This document shows positions 56,995 to 64,000 of a DNA stretch of 64,000 nt, piece after piece. The translations under genes were made by a program, and so were the position numbers. Origin of the DNA: Octopus vulgaris (lineage: Eukaryota); NCBI GenBank assembly GCA_951406725.2, contig OX597814.1:54250001-54314000 (forward strand). The letters run 5' to 3'. The notes beneath the pieces were generated by a model. That model saw only the letters and a list, made by a program, of their open reading frames with translations, was not told the DNA's origin and did not search any database. Within the stretch, counting starts at the first letter, position 1, and each line of letters starts with the position of its first letter.

Positions 56995-57760
56995 CATCAA
57001 GAACCATGAAAGCAGTTCTGCTACATAAAACAATGTAAATTCATGGAATCCCCACATTCAATAACCTGTTCATCAATGGAATCTCCATAGGGATCTCAAA
57101 GTTATTGGCAAGCTAATGGACATACAAGATTTATAAAATGTTATTTTTTATAGTTATGAGACATCTGTATTACCACAGGCCATTATGAAAACACAACTGG
57201 CCTCTAAAATAAACATATGTCCTAAGGGAATAAGCAGTGTCTACTTTGTCCCTTATGTTGATCCTAAGAAGATATTTCTACAACTTCTCCATATTTAAGC
57301 TTGGTTTAATGAAAATTTTGTCAAAATGATGATTAAAGTCAGTTTGAGAGGATTTCAGTATCCTCAAAATTTCCCAAATGAAAATGTGACAAAGTTAAAG
57401 GAAGAAATTTTTGTGGTGTCAAATCAGGTAAGTTTTAAAAGATATTGAGTGTGAACAATTTTTCATTAACTGGTTATACAAAACCTTACAGATGAATAAT
57501 AAATTTATTGCAAACAGAGGTGGATTCTGACTGATGCTTATACAGAAACGGGCTGTTTAATGTTAAAAATATACTTCCCACATTCTTATCTAGACTTCTT
57601 TCCAGCAAATCTTGGTGCAGCAAGCAATGAGCAAAGAGAATAATTTCTTTAAGATATTCATGCAATGGAAACATGATACCAGGGATTTTAGAATAAAGGC
57701 ATGATAGTTGACTATTGTTGGATGTTATATCACTATGACCCAGATGAAGTTTAAAAAAGA
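56995..57760 (+). mobile_element. Chapaev3-type (CMC) transposase relic
   Basis: GDLKVIG, LHIxKLGLM and KIYFPHSYLDFFPANLGAASNEQ...YQG...DYCWML motifs, with stops. Confidence 0.7.
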
Positions 57761-58269
57761 AAATAAAAATAAAAAAAAACTTGTATAATGTATACTCTTT
57801 AATTGCCTGTGTATCTAATTGAATTTTATAATACAATAACGAGACAGATGAAGTATAAATTAGTAAGCCAACAAAATGCTATCTTTTGATTGGTGACCTT
57901 TTCCCAGAAAGTTCCAGTACTAATTTTGACAGTTAAGAGAACTGAATTAAGAAGGGTCAGTTATCTTATCTAGATGTATAATGAATTGTCTGTAACAGTA
58001 TGTTATGAATATCCTCCACAACAATAGAATTATACTTGGTATATGGATGTGATATAAGACAACCAACCCAAAGAAGCATTTCAGAAGGAATACAAGTAAA
58101 TTCTCAATGTCTCATAGTAAGGCTGGTGCTAAAATACTTAATGTAATGAGCCCAAAAAGTTTTTAATTAATTAAAATTATATTTGAGATGGAGGAAAAAT
58201 AATTAGGAGCTTAATAACCAGGGAAGCAAGAGAGACAATACCAAAAATTTTCCCATAATAGGACAATTT

Positions 58270-58741
58270 TTAAAGCCTGGTACTTATTCTATTGGTATCT
58301 TTTGCCAAACTGCTAAGTTACAGGTATATAAACACACCAACACTTATTGTCAAGCAGCGGTGGGACACATACAAACATGATGAGCTTTCAATTTCCATCT
58401 ACCAAATCTGCTCATGAGGCTTTGGTAGGTTCAAAGTGGTCATGAAAAGTTCCTGGCTTTTAGGGTATCACAAAAGGCATGGTTGGAGGCCCAACCTTCC
58501 AAGTTCTTTTAGAGGTTTTAGGAAAACTGAAGGACTGCTGCAATAAGTGGGTGAATGTGAGTGGGGAATATGTTGAATAAAATCATAATTAACTGATCCT
58601 CCATTATTTTCATTTACTTAAAGCCAGGAACTTTTCAGCACCCTGTCATATAGCAGAAGACACTTGCCCAAGGTACCATGTAGTGGGACTGGACGTGGAA
58701 CCATGTGTTGGGAAGCAAACTTCTTACTACACAGCCATGCC
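58270..58741 (-). mobile_element. SINE family A interrupted by a mariner-derived MITE (~58432-58650)
   Basis: SINE halves flank inverted repeats gaaaagttcctggcttt / aaagccaggaacttttc enclosing the mariner C-terminus KWVNVSGEYVE*. Confidence 0.7.
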
Positions 58742-61310
58742 AGTCAACAAAACATCCCAAGGGCATTCATGTCTCCAACTTAGGGCTAGGTGCTGACCAA
58801 GTTAATTATACAAAAGAATCAAGGTGCAAAAAAAAAAAAAAGAAAAAAAAAATTTTAAAGTGCAGCTGAATGAGGGACATATATTTCTGTATAACAAGTG
58901 ACCAAAATCTTGTTAATTACACTGTCACCGAGCTGAAACGTGGTCATTTGACTGAAATGGGCAGGCACCAGCCAAAATCCTTCTATTATTTAGTTTGATT
59001 CATTTTATCTTCTCAGCACAAATTTCACCAAGGTCAACTTTGCATCTACTTTCACTAAGGTTGATATAAATACCAGTAATATACCATCTTCTCCTACTAA
59101 AGTCAGTTTTCTGTCACAGATATGGACAACAGGTGCAGGTATGGCTGTATGATAAGGAAGTTTGCTTAGTAGTTGCATTGTTTCAGGATCTATTCCACTG
59201 TAAGATATGAAATGGAAGTTACTTCCTGAAGCTTTGGGTTAACCAAACCATGTGAATGAAATTTGGTAGCTGGAAACTGTGCAGAAACCTGTTGGAAGGA
59301 CTATTCTTCTTTTGGGGTGTCAGACTTAATCTGTTGTCCAATTTTTAGCAGAAATCACTCAGCATCATCATCAACATTTAATGTCCGTTTTCCATGCTGG
59401 CATGGGTTGGATGGCTTGACAGGAACTGGCAAAGCCAAGGGCTAACCAGGTTTCATAGTCTGTTTTGGCTTACTTTCTACAGCTGGATGCCCTTCCTAAT
59501 GCCAACCACACCACAGAAAACATTTATTTGGATCAGGTGCTTTGGCTGAAGATAACTTCTTCATTTCTTCTTACTTATCTTAAACCAAAAAATTTAAAAA
59601 CCGAAAAGGGAAAACAATGCAAAATAAACTGTGAGCTTCTTAGTTATATTTTAACATGGAACCTTCTACATGTAAAGGAACTCAGCCAGTGAGACAAAAT
59701 ATCTGAGCACTGGACTCAATGCTGCACAGTGATGAAATATGAGCCACCAATACTTTAACCAGCCATTTGATTTCCAAACAATTCTGCAAGATACACGAAT
59801 ACAAATAATTGAATAATTAAAAAACAAAAATAAAACGAGAAAATATACTTCAGGAAAATGTTGAATTAGATATCAACTTTGTGAGTTGTACAGGTTAAAG
59901 TGCATAATGGTGTTAACTATTTTCATATCAACCTGCCTGAGACTGCACTTTGTTGTACAATACAAATTTCATATCTTAAAGTGATCTAATTAAAATCTTT
60001 CATTAAAATTTTATGCTAAGTTGAGTTCCAAATATCAGCTTAACAACAAGGTTATTTTACAAAATTCTTTATTATTATGAAAGTTTATTTAAATAGAGGC
60101 AGTATAGTTCAGTGAAAATATGAAAGGATTAAGGTGCTACATTTGTAATTTTGTTATGAGAAGTTAAGCATTTGCTATCTGCATTTCCTAGTGTTCTTCA
60201 GGCAAGACTTGCCCTCTCTACGAGATTAACAAAGGGTACTTAATTTTTTTCCTTCATAGTCAAATGGTTAGCAATAAGAAGAGCATCTAACACAGAGAAA
60301 AGAAGAAAGGAAAACAGCAATAATTAATATATAAGAAAATGTTGAATTGTTAGAGTTAGTGGAGAAGCACTGCACTGTTCCTACTGCAGATAGGTAGGCT
60401 TGGTTACTGAGATTTCAGTGCCATTCCCAGAGGCAGTGCAGTGAAAGAGATAGAATTTACTTGTGTCACCTTGGCTGATAGGATGTATGTATTATGCTAT
60501 TGACTCAACTAGATGTAATTTTGTTGCTATAGGGAATTTACTTAAACATAGTTGCAAATCCCAGCCAGGTATAAAGCACTTGGTAAGTGTACCAATGTGC
60601 TTTAGATGACCAAAGTAACAAATAAAAACCCACAGCTATCAATCCCAAGCAAGTATGACTTAGCACGTACTATGCCTTATGTTAGGTATCTGTAAAGTCT
60701 TAAGTTGACATTGGCACCCTCTCAGCCCTCCAAACATCCCCCAAGAAGAACACCCTCTAAACGTCCACCAAGAAGAATATAGAGGATGTAATAGCTGCAG
60801 GAGGAAAGTACTGTAGCAGCACTAGGCTTGTATTCATTTCAGCTGAGCAGATTAGAGCAACAGCAAATGAAGTGCCTTGCTCAAGAACACAATGTTGAGA
60901 TTGACTTTGCCTTTTGTCCTTTCAGGATCAATGAAATAACTATCAGTTGATCACTGAAGGCAATGTAATCGATTACATCACCCCTGCCTCCTCAAAATTT
61001 CAGACCTTGTGACTAAAGTAGAAGGAATGATCACATTCATAAAACAAGATTGAACAGAAGAATTTTATTACAATCCTTGTGTGTTGATAAAGAGGAGGAC
61101 AATGAAAACAAGGAGGACATCAGAACCCATAGTGTTCTGATCATAAATCCAACATTCTAATCAATAAGCCACATGTTCTCAAAAGCATAAACACAATGTG
61201 AATTTGACAAAAAGGTGGAATAAAGAATCAGTTATGTTGAAGCTGAGTACAATCGAAGACTTAGGATTTAGTGCTAGCTGTAAGGATAAGGTGACACAGT
61301 ATGCAAATAC

Positions 61311-61374
61311 CTTAAGATAATCATCACATCTGTCTTGGCACTCATTGTTGGTGGAAGTTACTGTATTCCGGTTT
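61311..61374 (-). CDS. Candidate exon (NRNTVTSTNNECQDRCDDYLK)
   Basis: cccccacccccatttag acceptor, AAG|gtattt donor, open frame; CxxDYL resembles the CUB motif. Confidence 0.5.
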
Positions 61375-61483
61375 CTAAATGGGGGTGGGGGGAATTTAAA
61401 AATGAAGCAAACAAAGAAAAAATAAATAAAAAGTTGGAAGGAAGGTAGGGGATAGACAAACAAACAAATATCTAAACAAATAC

Positions 61484-61517
61484 CGGTGTGATGTAAGATG
61501 AAGAAATTTTGCAAATG
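61484..61517 (-). CDS. Candidate exon (FAKFLHLTSHR)
   Basis: tatttccag acceptor and CCG|gtattt donor; phase 2 joins the 61311 exon in frame across a 109-bp intron. Confidence 0.35.
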
Positions 61518-62740
61518 CTGGAAATATTTTAGTAGATGTCAATTTATCATCAAATGGCTTTTCTCCAGATAAGATGAAAAAAAATGTTATGTATTGAAGT
61601 CTGTATATGTATGTATTAAATATATATGTATGTACTATATATATATATGTGTGTGTGTGTGAGTGTGTATGTAACTTAACTTCTGCAGATATCCTCCTCA
61701 TTTTAATCATCATCCTCATTATCAACTACATAAGAGAACAACATTCTTCAATTCATTCTTGTTTTATGAATGAAATAACTCTATTTACTATAGGCAGAAA
61801 GCCTGACATTTTGGGGGAAGCAGATAGTCAATTACATTGACCCCAGTAAAAGCATTAAAAAGTTCAAATTATTGAGAAAGAAGAAAAAAGAAACCTTCAG
61901 AACTACCTCAACAAGGAAATAATAACTAGACTTAACCTTGCTTAACTGCAGTGAACAGAAGAGAACAGATGTTTTGTGTACGATACATAGGTGTAGTTTT
62001 TTAAAGAAGCAGAACAATAGACTGCACATTTCAAGTGAATCAATTGAGGCTCAGGTGTAGCTGTGTGGTGAGAAGTTTGCTTTCAAAACACAAGATTCCA
62101 GGTTCAATCCCACTGCATGGCACCTTGAGCAAGTATCTCCAACCATAGCCTCAGGCTGACCAATATCTTGTGAGTGGATTTTGTAGATGGGAACTGAAAG
62201 CAGCCTCCTGTGTGTGTGTGTGTGCTTGTTTTGACATCACATGATAGTTGTAAAATAATTGTTACAATCATACAAGCTATGTCATTCATTTCCAATAGTC
62301 TACAAGAACATGTCTGTCCATGAGGAAATATTACCTTACTTGGAGACAGGTGAGGGTTGGTAACAAGAAGGACATCTGGCTATAGTAAATCTGCCTCAAT
62401 AAACTCTGTTCAAGCCATGCAAGCATAGAAAAGTGGTCATTAAAATGATGATATTTCCATTTAGTTGATTTCACTGACTATATTCCATGTTTATAAACCC
62501 CATAACATCAGGTTTAATTCTAACAAGCATCACTGATTGTTTTACTTGTATGTTTTGTGAGTTTTTTTTTGTTTTTGAATTTCAAGTCAAAAAACAACTT
62601 CTACAGCATGTAATTTATATTTAAATTACTCCTGAAAGCATTCTTGTTATCTGAAGATGATGCTGTAAAATTGTGCTACAATTTTATAAATAAATAACAA
62701 ACAAACCAACATTTGTAATAAAGAATTAAATATATATATA

Positions 62741-62900
62741 GGCACAGGAGTGGCTGTGTGGTAAGTAGCTTGCTAACCAACCACATGGTTCTGGGTTCAG
62801 TCCCACTGCATGGCACCTTGGGCAAGTGTCTTCTGCTATAGCCTCAGGCCGACCAAAGCCTTGTGAGTGGATTTGGTAGACGGAAACTGAAAGAAGCCTG

Positions 62901-62934
<34 letters not shown>

Positions 62935-63168
62935 GCATGTGTGTGTATATGTTTGTGCGTCTGCGGTTGTCCCTCTAGCATTGCTTGACAACCGATGCTG
63001 GTGTGTTCACGTCCCCGTCACTTAGCGGTTCGGCAAAAGAGACCAATAGAATAAGTACTGGGCTTACAAAGAATAAGTCCCGGGGTCGAATTGCTCGACT
63101 AAAGGCGGTGCTCCAGCATGGCCGCTGTCAAATGACTGAAACATGTAAAAGAGTAAAGAGTAAGAGTA
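62741..63168 (+). mobile_element. SINE family A, full length
   Basis: A/B boxes, core-like motif, internal (TA)n, AAGAGT tail. Confidence 0.9.
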
Positions 63169-63559
63169 TATAACTTTTTTATCAACATAAAATTAATGTT
63201 CCTAAAGTTCTTTCAACTATTGTGAAATACAACTGTAAGGCTACCATTAGCTCCACTGCTTGCAGTAATTATGTCTCTAATGAAACTGTGTTTATCTTAT
63301 ACTCTTAGCTGCAGCTCATCTTCTTTGTAGATGCATTTCTAGATTTCTGGTGCACGTCCTCTTACATCAGAATTCTCTTCAGTCTGTTAGGGCATTATTA
63401 TATTGCCATCATAGAGCATAATACTTTTATGCATTTGTTAGCTACATTATTTGTACAATATTAAATTTCTGCATAATTTTATACACACACACACACATAC
63501 ACATGCAAGCAAGCATGCATACATACGTAACCTGGCTGGATTTGGAGAAAGAGGCAGGC

Positions 63560-64000
63560 CTGCCAAGACCAGTGAGATTGTGGCATTAATGTTCCTCTTG
63601 AACCATTGCAAATCAACAGCTGTAGGAAAGTTATAAGCAGGGAGGGGAATTCCAGAGGGCCAAAGTTCTAGAAAGAAAGGACTAAGGGTAGTGATCAGTG
63701 CAGGGTTTGATATAACAAGGGTGATAAAAAGAGAGATGACTGGGTTGCAAATGGCTGAATGGCATGAGCCCAGCTAGCTCTGAGGAGCAGAGGCAGGGAG
63801 AGCAGACAGCATAACTATGGGCCAGAAGCTTGAGTATGTATATCAGTGATTTTTTGCCAATCAGTTGAGTGAGCCTTTTCTGGATTTGAGTCAAGATATT
63901 TGCATTGTAACTGATGTGAGAGCATTATTCTACTGTGAACCTTATTTGAGCTTTATAGAGGGTCAAAAATTGTTGAGGGCTGATATATCTTCTGGCCCTG
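63560..64000 (-). mobile_element. Jockey/CR1-group LINE 3' region
   Basis: LTLYKAQIRFTVE*CSHI...LTQIQKRLTQLIG matches LYKxxIRPxMEYCSHxW...IQKRA. Confidence 0.75.

Noticed and set aside
62741-62815. tRNA-like sequence
   Set aside because: SINE head with A/B boxes but no complete cloverleaf; continues into the SINE body

Overview
AT-rich eukaryotic (animal) genomic DNA, almost entirely intronic/intergenic. The repeat complement looks like an octopus genome (inference from recognisable tRNA-derived SINE families and huge (TA)/(TACA) arrays; not verified). There is no intact long CDS: the 200-1260 aa ORFs are artefacts of alternating purine-pyrimidine microsatellites. The window holds dozens of SINE copies, decayed LINEs (R4/Dong, RTE, CR1/Jockey-group, Penelope-like), DNA-transposon relics (Tc1/mariner, hAT, piggyBac, Chapaev3), composite non-autonomous Helitrons, and a few candidate small exons on both strands. 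The main discovery is a set of type I hammerhead ribozyme (HHR) motifs with palindromic helix III. Two loci (24346-25039 and 47075-47720) belong to one non-coding ~360-bp retrozyme-like repeat family. They have the same head-to-head architecture, and one subfamily carries a compensatory U3-A8 catalytic core. Three further, unrelated HHR variants lie at 26100, 26626 and 39008, in short inserts within (TA)n tracts, one next to a Penelope-like ORF scrap. All folds were made by eye; no activity or database search was tested.
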